Part shown: one piece after another, positions 10,352-20,205 of the stretch
How positions within the stretch are numbered: position 1 is the first letter of the stretch
Layout: the number at the start of each line of letters is the position of its first letter
DNA from: Occultella glacieicola
GTDB lineage: Bacteria > Actinomycetota > Actinomycetes > Actinomycetales > Beutenbergiaceae
Reading direction: 5' to 3'
Length of the DNA: 64,000 nt
NCBI RefSeq assembly: GCF_004353825.1
Contig: NZ_SMNA01000005.1
Coordinates: forward strand, 186,001-250,000
Program-made: the position numbers and the translations under genes
The notes under the pieces: model-generated
What the model was told of the DNA's origin: nothing
What the model saw: only the letters and a program-made list of their open reading frames with translations
Databases searched by the model: none

Positions 10352-12019
10352 ATGTCTGCCACGCTCCAGGTGCTCGGGTTCGGCGCCGCCCACGGCGCCC
10401 GCCAACTGTTCACCGACCTCACGTTCGCGATCGCACCCGGTGACGTGTGGGGGCTGGTCGGGGCGAACGGGGCGGGCAAGTCGACGCTGCTCGCCGCGCT
10501 CGCGGCCCGGTCCGAAGGAGCCGCCGACGGCGGTGCGGAGCTGACCGGGCGGGCCGTGCTCGCTCCCCCGCATGCGACCGTCGGGTACCTCGCGCAGGAA
10601 CCGGAGCGGCTGCCCGGTGAGGACGTGCTGGCCTTCCTGCGCCGGCGCACCGGCGTGGACCGGGCCGGGGTGGTCATGGACGCCGCGGCGCAGTCGATGG
10701 CGGACCGGCCCGACGACGGCGCCGCGGCCGAGGCCTATAGCCTCGCCCTGGAGCGGTGGCTGGGTCTGGGCGGCGCGGACCTGGACGAACGGGTGCCCGG
10801 CGTCGCCGCGGACATCGGTCTGGCGGTCGGCCTCGACGCGCCGATGACCTCGCTCTCCGGCGGCGAGGCGGCCCGGGTGGGCCTGGCCGCACTGCTGCTC
10901 CAGCGCTACGACATCCTGCTGCTGGACGAGCCGACCAACGACCTGGATCTGGCCGGCCTGGACCGGCTGGAGCAGTTCGTGCGGGGTGCCCGCGCGCCGA
11001 TGGTGATCGTCTCCCACGACCGTGAGTTCCTGGCCCGCACGGTGACCGGGATCATCGAGCTCGACCTGGCCCAGCGGCAGGTCAGCGTGTACGAGGGCGG
11101 CTACGAGGCGTTCCTGCACGAGCGGGAGGTGGCCCGGGTACGGGCGCGGGAGGCCTACGAGGAGTACGCCGACACCCTCGGCTCGCTCAGGTCCCGCGCC
11201 CAGACCCAGAAGACCTGGGTGGACAAGGGCGTCCGGAACGCCCGCAAGAAGGCCAAGGACGGGGACAAGCACATCATCAACGCAGCCGTCGCCCGGACGG
11301 AGAAGCAGGCCGCGAAGGTGAGTCAGACCGAGCGGGCGATCGAGCGTCTCGAAGCCGTCGAGGAACCCCGCAAGGAGTGGCAGCTGCAGATGTCCATCGC
11401 CGCGGCGACCCGCTCCGGGAGCGTCGTGGCCACCCTCGATGGGGCCGTCGTACGCCGGGGTGACTTCACCCTGGGCCCGGTCACCGCGCAGGTCGATGCC
11501 GGCGACCGGATCGTGATCACCGGCGCGAACGGCTCCGGCAAGACCACGCTGCTCGGCCTGCTGCTCGGGCGGATCCCGCCCGAGCAGGGGCGCGCGGCCC
11601 TGGGTTCCGGGGTGGAGATCGGCGAGGTGGACCAGGCCCGTGCCCTGTTCGACGAGCCCGACCCGGTGCCGGTGGTGTTCGGTCGGCTGGTGCCGGACTG
11701 GCCGGAGGCGGAGGTGCGCACCCTGCTCGCGAAGTTCGGCCTGGGCGGGGAGCACGTGCGACGCCCGGCCGCGTCCCTGTCCCCCGGTGAACGCACCCGG
11801 GCCGCGCTGGCGCTCCTGCAGGCGCGCGGGGTGAACCTGCTGGTCCTGGACGAACCGACGAACCACCTGGACCTGCCCGCGATCGAGCAGCTCGAGCAGG
11901 CCGTGGAGTCGTTCGGCGGGACCGTGCTGCTGGTCACCCACGACCGGCGGATGCTGGCCCAGGTGCGGGCGACCCGGCGCTGGCGGTTGGACGCGGGTCG
12001 GCTGACCGAGGTCGACTGA
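10352..12019 (+). CDS. ABC-F family ATP-binding protein
   Basis: Two ABC domains (GANGAGKST/LSGGE/LLDEPTND and GANGSGKTT/LSPGE/LDEPTNHLD) and no transmembrane segments. Confidence 0.9.
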   Translation: MSATLQVLGFGAAHGARQLFTDLTFAIAPGDVWGLVGANGAGKSTLLAALAARSEGAADGGAELTGRAVLAPPHATVGYLAQEPERLPGEDVLAFLRRRTGVDRAGVVMDAAAQSMADRPDDGAAAEAYSLALERWLGLGGADLDERVPGVAADIGLAVGLDAPMTSLSGGEAARVGLAALLLQRYDILLLDEPTNDLDLAGLDRLEQFVRGARAPMVIVSHDREFLARTVTGIIELDLAQRQVSVYEGGYEAFLHEREVARVRAREAYEEYADTLGSLRSRAQTQKTWVDKGVRNARKKAKDGDKHIINAAVARTEKQAAKVSQTERAIERLEAVEEPRKEWQLQMSIAAATRSGSVVATLDGAVVRRGDFTLGPVTAQVDAGDRIVITGANGSGKTTLLGLLLGRIPPEQGRAALGSGVEIGEVDQARALFDEPDPVPVVFGRLVPDWPEAEVRTLLAKFGLGGEHVRRPAASLSPGERTRAALALLQARGVNLLVLDEPTNHLDLPAIEQLEQAVESFGGTVLLVTHDRRMLAQVRATRRWRLDAGRLTEVD

Positions 12020-12252
12020 CCTGCCAGGATCGTGCGGTGACACGGTCACCGAGGCCGGTCCGGCGGCTGCCGTCGCCCCGACGGCGTCGGCGTGGGAGGC
12101 GCCATCGACGCGGCCGGTCGGCCTGTACGCGCGCCGTCTCGGCGCCGAGTACGAGTTCACGGCGAAAGCGGGGGCGGGGCTGCTCCGCGCCCACGGGCCC
12201 GTGCCACCGCGCCCGCAGTGGCGCCCGGACGGGTGAACATGGGTTCTCGACG

Positions 12253-13554
12253 TCACTCCCGCGCAGGTGGAGGTATTTCTGGTCCCTGAGCCGGCGGCAG
12301 CCACCGGGCGGCCACTACGGCCGTGATCACGCCGGGGATCGCCAGCAGGGCCATCACGGTCACGATCGACCACCACGCCGACCCGAGCGCCACGAGCGCG
12401 AACACGGCAAGCGAGAACACCTCGCTGCCGAGGCCGCTGACCGAGGTCACCGTGGCGCGAGCCGCACCTGAGATCGACTCCTGCAGGCGGGCCTCCCCGA
12501 TCAGGAACGCGTTGTTGACGGCGCCGATGCCGAGGGCGATCGCCACGAATCCGGCCGGGGCGCCGACGATGGCGCCGACCCCGACCAGGGCCGCGCCGAC
12601 CCCGTACAGCCAGGCTATCCGGCGTGGGCTCCACCGGGAGGTCCGCCCGGCGAGCGCGGTGCCGAGCGCCTGGCCGGCCACGATGACCGCGAGCAGCATC
12701 GGGATCCGGTCCGCGGCGACGCCGTGCTCGGCGAGCACCAGCGGGAAGTACTCGTCGTAGGCGGTCAGGCCGAGCATCGCGGCCGCGAGGATCGCGACCC
12801 GGCGCACCCGTGGCACCCCGGCGGCCTCCCGCAGCCCGGACCGGAGCATGCTCAGGTACTCGCCGAAGGCGGCGGTGCCCGACGGCGGTTGCTCGCTCGC
12901 GTGATCGGCGTCACCGTCGGCGTCGGCCGGGTCGGCGTCACCGCCCGCTGTGGCCGGGTCGGCCGCGGCCGCTCGCGAGGACGGCAGGGCCGCCGCCACG
13001 GCCGTGTGCAGGAGGGCCATCGCGACGCTCACGGTGCCGACCATCGGGAACCCGCCGGCCGTCATCAGGAGCCCGGCGGACGCCGTCGCCGCGAGCATGG
13101 CGAGCATGGCGACGGTCTGCGCCCGGCCCTTGACCGCGGCGTAGCGGTGCGCCGCCCCAGCCGTGCTCAGGTGGTCGAACAGCAGCGCCTCGAAGGTGCC
13201 GGACATCAGCGCCGAGGACACGCCCCAGCACACGAAGCCGATCAGGTAGCCCGGGTAGGCGGGCCAGAGCAACCACATACCGAACGCGAGCGCGTACAGC
13301 AGCCCGCTGAGCACCAGCAGGGCGCGTCGGTCGATCGTGTCCGCCCAGGCGCCGGAGGGCACCTCGGCGACGAACGCCGTCAGCGACCACACGACGAACA
13401 GCGACGAGATCTGCGCGGCCGACAGTCCGCCGTCGGACATCGCCAGGGCGTACACCGCGTAGAACGGGATCGCCTCCCGGGTGGCCAGGAAGGCGACCGC
13501 CCGGATCGTCAGGGAGCGGACGGTGAGTTACGGCTGGGCGGCGGGATAGCGCAT
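12253..13554 (-). pseudogene. MFS transporter with in-frame TAA at codon 9 (possible nonsense-disrupted gene)
   Basis: ATG 13554 gives MRYPAAQP, then TAA (13530-13528), then the same frame continues LTVRSLTIRAVAFLATREAIPFYAVYALAM into the MFS body (EVPSGAWADTIDRR). Confidence 0.55.
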
Positions 13555-13598
13555 CGTGCGACAGTACCCCGCCCCCGGTCGGGTACGGAAGGGCATTC

Positions 13599-14360
13599 TC
13601 ACAGGGCCAGCGACACCGCGGCCACCACCGCGTACGCCGCGACCGCACCGGTGATCACGGCCACCGAGCGCCACCCCTGCCGCCCTGTGGCCGCGATCGC
13701 GGCACCGGAGGCGAGTGTCAGCCCGAGGTTGGAGAAGCTGACCACGTCGTCCTCGAGGGGATTCTCGACGAGGCTGCCGGTGACCCTCCAGACGATCGCC
13801 CCGATCGCCAGCGCGGCGCCGGCGACGGCGAGCGCGAACAGCCCGGCCCGGAGCGCGCCGTGCGGCCACGAGTCCGGTGCGCCCGCATGGCCGCCGCGGA
13901 GCACGTCCCGGCGCTGCGGGTGCAGGAACACGAACGGGACCGCGGTGAGCGCGACGGTGAGCGCCCCCTGGAGCAGGGCGCCGCCGAACCCGGTGTGCTG
14001 CTGCAGCAGGACCGAGGCGATGCTGGAGACGCCGACGACGGTGAGCAGGACCCCGACCCAGGCGACCAGGGCGGAGCGCCGGAGCGGCTTCCACGCCGCG
14101 ACCAGGGCGCCGATGCCGATCGCGGCCAGGGTCGCCGCCGCCGCGGTGTCCGCCCAGGCGTGCAGCTCGGGGGTGCGGGTCCAGCCGTGATCGACGTCGT
14201 CGGGCAGCAGCAGCCACGGGGTGAGCAACCACCGGTAGGTGCCGAAGAGGACCAGGTAGGTCGCCGCGACGAGCACGGCGACGATCCGGAACGGGATCGC
14301 TCGGCTCGTCCTGGTCGTGGTCGGGGACGTGGGGGCGGTGGCGGACGAGGTCGCGGCCAT
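13599..14360 (-). CDS. Membrane protein, likely target of the adjacent two-component system
   Basis: RBS-like GAGAGGAG, several hydrophobic segments, divergent from the sensor kinase. Confidence 0.7.
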   Translation of the reverse strand: MAATSSATAPTSPTTTRTSRAIPFRIVAVLVAATYLVLFGTYRWLLTPWLLLPDDVDHGWTRTPELHAWADTAAAATLAAIGIGALVAAWKPLRRSALVAWVGVLLTVVGVSSIASVLLQQHTGFGGALLQGALTVALTAVPFVFLHPQRRDVLRGGHAGAPDSWPHGALRAGLFALAVAGAALAIGAIVWRVTGSLVENPLEDDVVSFSNLGLTLASGAAIAATGRQGWRSVAVITGAVAAYAVVAAVSLAL

Positions 14361-14455
14361 CGTGGTTCTCCTCTCGGTGGGCCCCGGGTCGGGACCGGTG
14401 CCGATACCCTCGGGCGCCCGCGTGGGCGCCGGGTAGGGCCCCCCGTCCCGCCGAC

Positions 14456-14527
14456 CCGGGCACATTGCCCGGCCACCCGGGACATCGAAACCTGGGCGGG
14501 CCCGCCGCCCCTTCGGGACAATGTCGC
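14456..14527. promoter_or_regulatory. Putative response-regulator binding sites
   Basis: CCGGGCA-cat-TGCCCGG inverted repeat (14456-14472) plus related CGGGACA half sites at about 14478 and 14514. Confidence 0.4.
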
Positions 14528-14528
14528 C

Positions 14529-16439
14529 ATGGTGGTGGGCAGGTGGGTCGAGCGCCGCCTCGGCGGACAGGTCGGCACTGGGTGGCACCGCGGCCTGGCG
14601 GGGGCACTGGTGGCCGCCGCGGTCGCCGCGTCGGTGCGGGCCGGCCTGGCTGAGTGGCGCTGGTACGCCGACGAGCCGACGGGCGTGGCGCTGGTGCTGA
14701 TGGCGCTGGCCGGACTGGCCTGGGCGCTGGCCGGAGCCGTGCTCGCGTGGCTGCGGCCCACGAATGTGGTCGGTTGGCTGATGCTCGTGGTCGGCACGCT
14801 CACCCAGGTCAGCGTCGGCAACAACGGCGAGGCGCGGCTGGCTCAGCAGATCGAGGACCCGACGCTGGCGGGGCGGCCGCTCGACCTCACGATCAGCGTG
14901 ATCGGCGGGCTGCTCATCCTGGCGATGCTCGGCCTGCTGCCGCTGCTGTATCCGTCCGGGCGGCTGGCGGGCCGGACCGACCGGGTGCTCGCCGCCCTCG
15001 TGGTCGCCGGTGCCGCGGCGTTCGAGGTGCAGGTGCTGGCCGCCGAGCTCGACCCGTCGCTGGCCCGGGCGTTCGGCGACGACGCCCCGAACGCGTCGGC
15101 CGGGTCGGCGCTCGTGGTCTGGGTCCCGCTGGTCGTGTTCGCCCTCGCGTGCGCGGCGGGCTGGGTCAGCGCCGTGGTGCGGCTGGTCCGCTCGCCGGCA
15201 CCGGAGCGCCAGCAACTGACCCTGCTGCTCACGGCGGTCGTGGTGGCGCTCGTGACCACGCCGTTCGCAGGCCCCTGGGGGCAGGTGGTCGGGCTGTACC
15301 TGCTGCCGGTCGCGGTGGCCGTCGGGATCCTGCGCTACCGGCTGCTGGACATCGAGGTGACGCGACCCGCGGACCCGGTTGCGGCGGTCTCGCACCTGGG
15401 CAGCGTGCTCGCGAACAGCGACCCCGCCCACCTGCTCGACGCCGCCGTCGGCAGCATCCACCGCTCGCTGCGGCCGAGCGAGCTGCGGCTCACCGACCGG
15501 GCGGGCACCGTCATCGCGAGCGTCGGTTCCCCGGCCGGGACCGCACCGGGCGCCGCCGATCCCACTGATGCCCCCGATCCCGCGTGGCTGGCGGTCCCGC
15601 TGGTCGTCAGCGGGGAGGACGTGGGGCACCTGCGCGTGGCCACCTACCCGGGCGGGTCCTGGTCCCGGCGCCGGCGCCGGCTGGCCGGCGCCCTGGCCCC
15701 GCAGCTCGCGGTGGCCGTGCGCGCCGTCGAACTCGGTGAGGACCTGCAGCACCAGCGCGACGCCGTCGTCGAGGCCCGTCGGGAGGAGCGGGAGCGGCTG
15801 CGGCACGACCTCCACGACGGCCTCGGGCCGGCGCTGACCGGGATCGGGCTGGGTCTGCAGGCGGTGCAGGGCGCGCTGGCCCGTGGCGACGTGACCCGCG
15901 CCGACGAGCTCACCGACGTGCTGCGCGGGCAGACGGCGAACACCGTGGTGGAGGTCCGGCGGATCATCGAGGACCTGCGCCCCGCGGCGCTGTCGACCGA
16001 CGGCCTCGCCGGTGCCCTCCCGGGCGCGGTCGCGGCGCTCGCCCGCACCGTGCCGATCCGGGTCGAGGTCGGCGACCTCCCAGCCCTGCCGGCGCCGGTC
16101 GAGGACGCCGTGTTCCGGGTCGCCCTCGAGGCCGTGACGAACCTGGAGCGACACTCCGCGGCCCGGTCGGCCTCGCTGGCGGTGTGGGCCGAGGCCGGGG
16201 ATGTGCACCTCATGGTCGGCGACGACGGTCGCGGCCTGGCCGCCGACGCCGCACCGGGCGTCGGGCTCGGCTCGATGCGCCGGCGCGCCGACGCCGTCGG
16301 CGCGCGGTTCGCGATCGAGTCCTCGACGGCGGGAACCACCGTCACGATGTCGGTGCCGCTCGGGCGTCGGGCGGGTTCGGGCACGGCGACGACCGCCGCC
16401 GAACTGGCGCCGACCGCCGTCGGGCCGGCGACGCCGTGA
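14529..16439 (+). CDS. Membrane sensor histidine kinase (HisKA_3 type)
   Basis: Multiple TM helices; ERERLRHDLHDGLGP H-box; EAVTN..RHS; DDGRG and GVGLGSM boxes. Confidence 0.92.
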   Translation: MVVGRWVERRLGGQVGTGWHRGLAGALVAAAVAASVRAGLAEWRWYADEPTGVALVLMALAGLAWALAGAVLAWLRPTNVVGWLMLVVGTLTQVSVGNNGEARLAQQIEDPTLAGRPLDLTISVIGGLLILAMLGLLPLLYPSGRLAGRTDRVLAALVVAGAAAFEVQVLAAELDPSLARAFGDDAPNASAGSALVVWVPLVVFALACAAGWVSAVVRLVRSPAPERQQLTLLLTAVVVALVTTPFAGPWGQVVGLYLLPVAVAVGILRYRLLDIEVTRPADPVAAVSHLGSVLANSDPAHLLDAAVGSIHRSLRPSELRLTDRAGTVIASVGSPAGTAPGAADPTDAPDPAWLAVPLVVSGEDVGHLRVATYPGGSWSRRRRRLAGALAPQLAVAVRAVELGEDLQHQRDAVVEARREERERLRHDLHDGLGPALTGIGLGLQAVQGALARGDVTRADELTDVLRGQTANTVVEVRRIIEDLRPAALSTDGLAGALPGAVAALARTVPIRVEVGDLPALPAPVEDAVFRVALEAVTNLERHSAARSASLAVWAEAGDVHLMVGDDGRGLAADAAPGVGLGSMRRRADAVGARFAIESSTAGTTVTMSVPLGRRAGSGTATTAAELAPTAVGPATP

Positions 16440-17107
16440 CCGCCGCCCCGGTGCGGGTGGTCCTCGCCGACGACCACCCGATGTTCCGGTTCGGCCTCAC
16501 CGCGGCCCTGACCGACGTCGCCGGGATCGACCTCCTCGAGCAGGCGAGCGACGCGGCCGAGCTGCTCTCCGCCGTCAGGCGGCTCCGACCGCAGGTGGCC
16601 CTGACCGACCTGAGCATGCCCGGCCCCGGCGGGCCCGCGATGATCGGGGCGCTGCGCGCCGCCGCGCCGGCCACGGCCGTGCTCGTGCTGACCATGCACG
16701 ATGATGACGACTCCGTGCTCGCCGCGCTGCGCGCCGGAGCCGCCGGGTACCTCCTCAAGGGCGCCGAGCGGGACGAGATCGTGCGGGCGATCCTGACCGT
16801 CGCCGACGGCGGGGCGGTCTACGGCGGCCGGGTGGCCCGGCGGGTCGCCGAACTCCTCGCCGCCGGCCCGGCCGACCCGGCGGACTCAGCCGCCCGGGCC
16901 TTCCCGGGCCTCACCCCACGCGAGGAGAGCGTCCTGACGCTCGTGGCCCAGGGACTCGGCAACCACGAGATCGCCCGCCGGCTCGGCCTGTCGGAGAAGA
17001 CCGTCCGCAACAACCTCGCCACCGTGCTGGCCAAGCTCCACCTGCGGGATCGGGCCGCCGCCGTGGCGCACGCGCGCGACGCGGGCCTGGGCGCCGGACC
17101 GAGGTGA
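16436..17107 (+). CDS. NarL/LuxR family response regulator
   Basis: VVLADDHPMFR receiver domain, GYLLK, LTPRE...GLGNHEIA HTH; GTGA overlap with the kinase stop. Confidence 0.92.
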   Translation: MTAAPVRVVLADDHPMFRFGLTAALTDVAGIDLLEQASDAAELLSAVRRLRPQVALTDLSMPGPGGPAMIGALRAAAPATAVLVLTMHDDDDSVLAALRAGAAGYLLKGAERDEIVRAILTVADGGAVYGGRVARRVAELLAAGPADPADSAARAFPGLTPREESVLTLVAQGLGNHEIARRLGLSEKTVRNNLATVLAKLHLRDRAAAVAHARDAGLGAGPR

Positions 17108-17127
17108 GAAGCAGGAGCACTGGAGGC

Positions 17128-17250
17128 TCAGCGTCGGGGGCAGGTGCACCTCTGGTCGTCGGGGACTCCGTTCAGGGCCTCCTCGACGTGGTCACCGCAC
17201 CCGGCCCAGGTGGTCTTCTGACAGGTGGCGCAGGGTACGCGGTAGCACAT
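17128..17250 (-). CDS. Small Cys-rich protein (40 aa)
   Basis: MCYRVPCATCQKTTWAGCGDHVEEALNGVPDDQRCTCPRR with GGAG RBS, directly downstream of the MFS gene. Confidence 0.7.
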   Translation of the reverse strand: MCYRVPCATCQKTTWAGCGDHVEEALNGVPDDQRCTCPRR

Positions 17251-17288
17251 CGGGTGAACTCCAGTTCGGGGACGAATCCGTGCCGATC

Positions 17289-18578
17289 CTACGCGGCGAG
17301 CCCGGGCAGCTCGTCCGGGCCAGCCGGCTCGGGGCTCGGGTCGGAGGGGTCGGTGGTCGCGTCCGTGGTGGCGATCTCGGTCGGGCCGGAGGTGCGCCCC
17401 AGCACCAGTACCGCTGCGCAGCCGAGCAGCACCACGCCGGCGCTGACCATCACGAGGCGGTAGTCCACCACGGTGATCAGCGCGGCCCCGGCCGCGATCG
17501 ACGCCAACTGCGGCAGCGTCATGGCCAGGTTGGTCGCGGCCGCGGTGCGGCCCTGCAGCCGCGGCGGGGTGAGCCGCTGCCGGGTGGTGATGAGCGCGAC
17601 GACCAGCCAGGGCACACAAATCCCGGAGATCGCGATCGCGACGACCGCGACCGGCAGCAGCGGGACCGGCAGCAGGTCCGCGGCGAGCCCGCAGGCGGCC
17701 AGGCCGAGCCCGAGCAGGGCCACGCCCACGGTGCGGGCCGGGCCGAGCCGGCGCAACGCCGTCGCCGAGGTCAGGCCACCCACGATCGCGGCGCCGCCCT
17801 GGATGCTCATCAGCACGCCGAAGAATGCGGCCTCCATGCCCAGGCCCTTCTCCACCACCTCGAACAGGGCGCTCTCGAACACGCCGAGCACCCCGAAGGC
17901 GACGGCGGTGACGAGCACGATCCGAGCGAGCAACGGGACGCTCGCCACATGCCGGAAGCCGGCGGCGGCCTCCGCCCAGAACCCGGCGCGGTCCTCGGCC
18001 GGTTCCGGCGTGGACTCGACGACGCGGACGGTGAGCAGGGCGAGCGCGGTCAGCACCAGGATCGCGGCCACCCCCAGTCCGAGCGCTCCGCCGCCCCAGA
18101 GGACATAGAGCCCGGCGCCGATCGCCGGGGTGATGATCCGCAGGCCCTGGTCGATCGTGGACAGCAGCGCGTTCGCGTTGTCGAGGTGTTCATCCGGGAG
18201 CAGGTCGCGCAGCAGCCCCGACTGGGCGGACCCGTTCAGGATCCCGAGCGCGCCGTACGCGAACGCGACCAGGTACAGCATCCAGAGGTCACCCGGACCG
18301 TTGACGAGCACGAGAGACGCGGCGACCACAGCACCGGCAAGGTTAGCCACGATCAGGAGCGAACGCCGTCGGACCCGGTCGGCGAGCAGGCCGAGCAGGG
18401 GCGCCGCGAGGGCCGGTGCCCCGAGCGCCAGGAACACCAGTCCGGCCGCTCCGGAGCTTCCCGAGATGTCCTTCGCCCAGACGGCGAGGGTGAGGAAGAG
18501 TGCACTGTCGGCGAGGTTGCCGATGGTCCAGGCTCCGAGCAGACGGCGGAACGTGGCGATGCGCAGAACGTCCTTCAT
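17289..18578 (-). CDS. MFS transporter
   Basis: About 12 TM segments; GLLADRVRRR motif A. Confidence 0.9.
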   Translation of the reverse strand: MKDVLRIATFRRLLGAWTIGNLADSALFLTLAVWAKDISGSSGAAGLVFLALGAPALAAPLLGLLADRVRRRSLLIVANLAGAVVAASLVLVNGPGDLWMLYLVAFAYGALGILNGSAQSGLLRDLLPDEHLDNANALLSTIDQGLRIITPAIGAGLYVLWGGGALGLGVAAILVLTALALLTVRVVESTPEPAEDRAGFWAEAAAGFRHVASVPLLARIVLVTAVAFGVLGVFESALFEVVEKGLGMEAAFFGVLMSIQGGAAIVGGLTSATALRRLGPARTVGVALLGLGLAACGLAADLLPVPLLPVAVVAIAISGICVPWLVVALITTRQRLTPPRLQGRTAAATNLAMTLPQLASIAAGAALITVVDYRLVMVSAGVVLLGCAAVLVLGRTSGPTEIATTDATTDPSDPSPEPAGPDELPGLAA

Positions 18579-19159
18579 GATGCTTCTCCGTCGTCGGTCT
18601 CGGTCGGCTGCCCGGGCTCGGGCACCAGGTAACTCGTGGCGAAGACCCGGACGAGTTCACCGCCCTCGGGGCGTGTCTCCGGGTTCTCCCAGCGGGGCAC
18701 GTAGCGCATGATGATCTCGCCGATCTCGTCACCGATCGCCCGGGCCTCCTCCGCGGTGACGTAGATGGTGGCGCCGGACTGGAAGAGCTTGCCGCGCCAG
18801 GCCTCCGGGGCGGTCGCGTGCTGCGCGGCCTTGATCCGGGAGGTCTCCCACTCCACGAACGTGGCCCCGAGGGCGCGGCTTGCGGCCTCGGCCTCCTCGT
18901 CCGGCCCGTAGTCGTCCCAGCTCTGCTCGATGTCGAGCACCCGCCACGGGCGGTTCCGGCCGGTGTGCCCCGGCGCCCGCTCGATATAGCCGAACTCCGC
19001 CAGGGTGCGCAGGTGGAACGAGCAGTTCGACGGCGTCGAGCCGGTGAACGCCGCGAGCTCGGTCGCGGTGGCCTCGCCCTCGATGGCGAGCCGTTCGAGC
19101 AGCGCGAAACGCAGCGGGTGCGCGAGGGCTCGCATCGCCCGGGGATCCTCGATCTTCAT
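18575..19159 (-). CDS. ArsR-like winged-helix regulator
   Basis: RALAHPLRFALL...TPSNCSFHLRTLAEFGYIE; TAGAGT -10 just upstream of ATG suggests a leaderless start. Confidence 0.85.
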   Translation of the reverse strand: MKIEDPRAMRALAHPLRFALLERLAIEGEATATELAAFTGSTPSNCSFHLRTLAEFGYIERAPGHTGRNRPWRVLDIEQSWDDYGPDEEAEAASRALGATFVEWETSRIKAAQHATAPEAWRGKLFQSGATIYVTAEEARAIGDEIGEIIMRYVPRWENPETRPEGGELVRVFATSYLVPEPGQPTETDDGEAS

Positions 19160-19177
19160 GCCGAGGACTCTAGACTT

Positions 19178-19205
19178 GAAAGTGTTCTTTCGCAAGAGTC
19201 CTTTC
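19178..19205. promoter_or_regulatory. Tandem operator upstream of the ArsR-like gene
   Basis: GAAAG-tgtt-CTTTC followed by the degenerate copy GCAAG-agtc-CTTTC. Confidence 0.45.
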
Positions 19206-19213
19206 AGATCGGA

Positions 19214-20116
19214 TCAGCGTCGTCCGAGAACGACGGCGAGAAGATCGTCGATCACGGCCGACGGGCGCCATCCTCGGCGCCAGACCGCGTGCAGCGTCCG
19301 GGTCAGGTCCACACCGACCACCGGGACCGAGACGAGTCGTCGGTCGCGCAACTCCGCGGCCACCGCGAGTTCACTGATCACGGCCGGGTACGCACCGGAT
19401 GCGACCATCACCTTGACCGCGGCGTTGGAGTCGAGTTCCACGCCGGGGTCGAGTTCGCGACCGAGCGCCCAGCCGAGTGCATCCCGCGTGCCTGAGCCGG
19501 CCTCGCGCGAGGCCAGGCGAAGCTCCGCCAGTTCCTCGGCGTCGACCGGCCGGCGTCGCCGTGTGAGCGGGTGGCCGGGCGCGACGACCAGCACCAGTCG
19601 GTCGGCACCCACTCGTCGTCGGACCAGGTCCGTCGGCACCGTAGGCCCCTCGACGAATCCGAGGTCGATCTCTCGCCCGCGGAGCGCCGCGATCACATCC
19701 CGGGAGTTCGCCACCCGCAGGCGCACCCGGGCGTCGGGCTCCAGCGCCCGGAACCGCGCCAACCAGGTCGGCACCAGGTATTCAGCGACGGTCTGGCTGG
19801 CCGCGATGCTCACGTCGCCCTCGGTCTCGGCCGCCAGCGCCCGCGCCCCGGTGATGAGCACACCCGCTGCCTCCACGACGCCTCGCGCCCAGCCGGTCAC
19901 CATCCGGCCGTGCTCGGTGAGCTCGGCTCCCCGGCTGCGCCGGTCGAGTAGTTCCAGGCCGAGCCGACGCTCGAGGTGCCTGATCCGGTTGCTCGCCGAG
20001 GGCTGGGAGATCCGCTCGACGCGGGCGGCAGCGGAGATGCTGCCGTGGTCGGCGACGAGCACCAGGAGCCGCAATGCATCGAGGGTGACGCCGACGGGCG
20101 CGGTCGCGAGCATCAT
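19214..20116 (-). CDS. LysR family regulator (YeiE/CysL-like)
   Basis: GSISAAARVERISQPSASNRIRHLE HTH; DLGFVEG; REAGSGTR. Confidence 0.9.
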   Translation of the reverse strand: MMLATAPVGVTLDALRLLVLVADHGSISAAARVERISQPSASNRIRHLERRLGLELLDRRSRGAELTEHGRMVTGWARGVVEAAGVLITGARALAAETEGDVSIAASQTVAEYLVPTWLARFRALEPDARVRLRVANSRDVIAALRGREIDLGFVEGPTVPTDLVRRRVGADRLVLVVAPGHPLTRRRRPVDAEELAELRLASREAGSGTRDALGWALGRELDPGVELDSNAAVKVMVASGAYPAVISELAVAAELRDRRLVSVPVVGVDLTRTLHAVWRRGWRPSAVIDDLLAVVLGRR

Positions 20117-20205
20117 GACTCCTTTCCTCGGCCATAGCCTATGACTATAGATATCTCCAGAGCCGGTAGCTACCGCATCACGGTGGAGCGCAGCAGGCTG
20201 GTGCG

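Noticed and set aside
10049..16208. Very long antisense ORFs (861 aa and 869 aa)
   Set aside because: High-GC shadow ORFs opposite ABC-F and the sensor kinase; only the 13599-14360 portion is a credible gene
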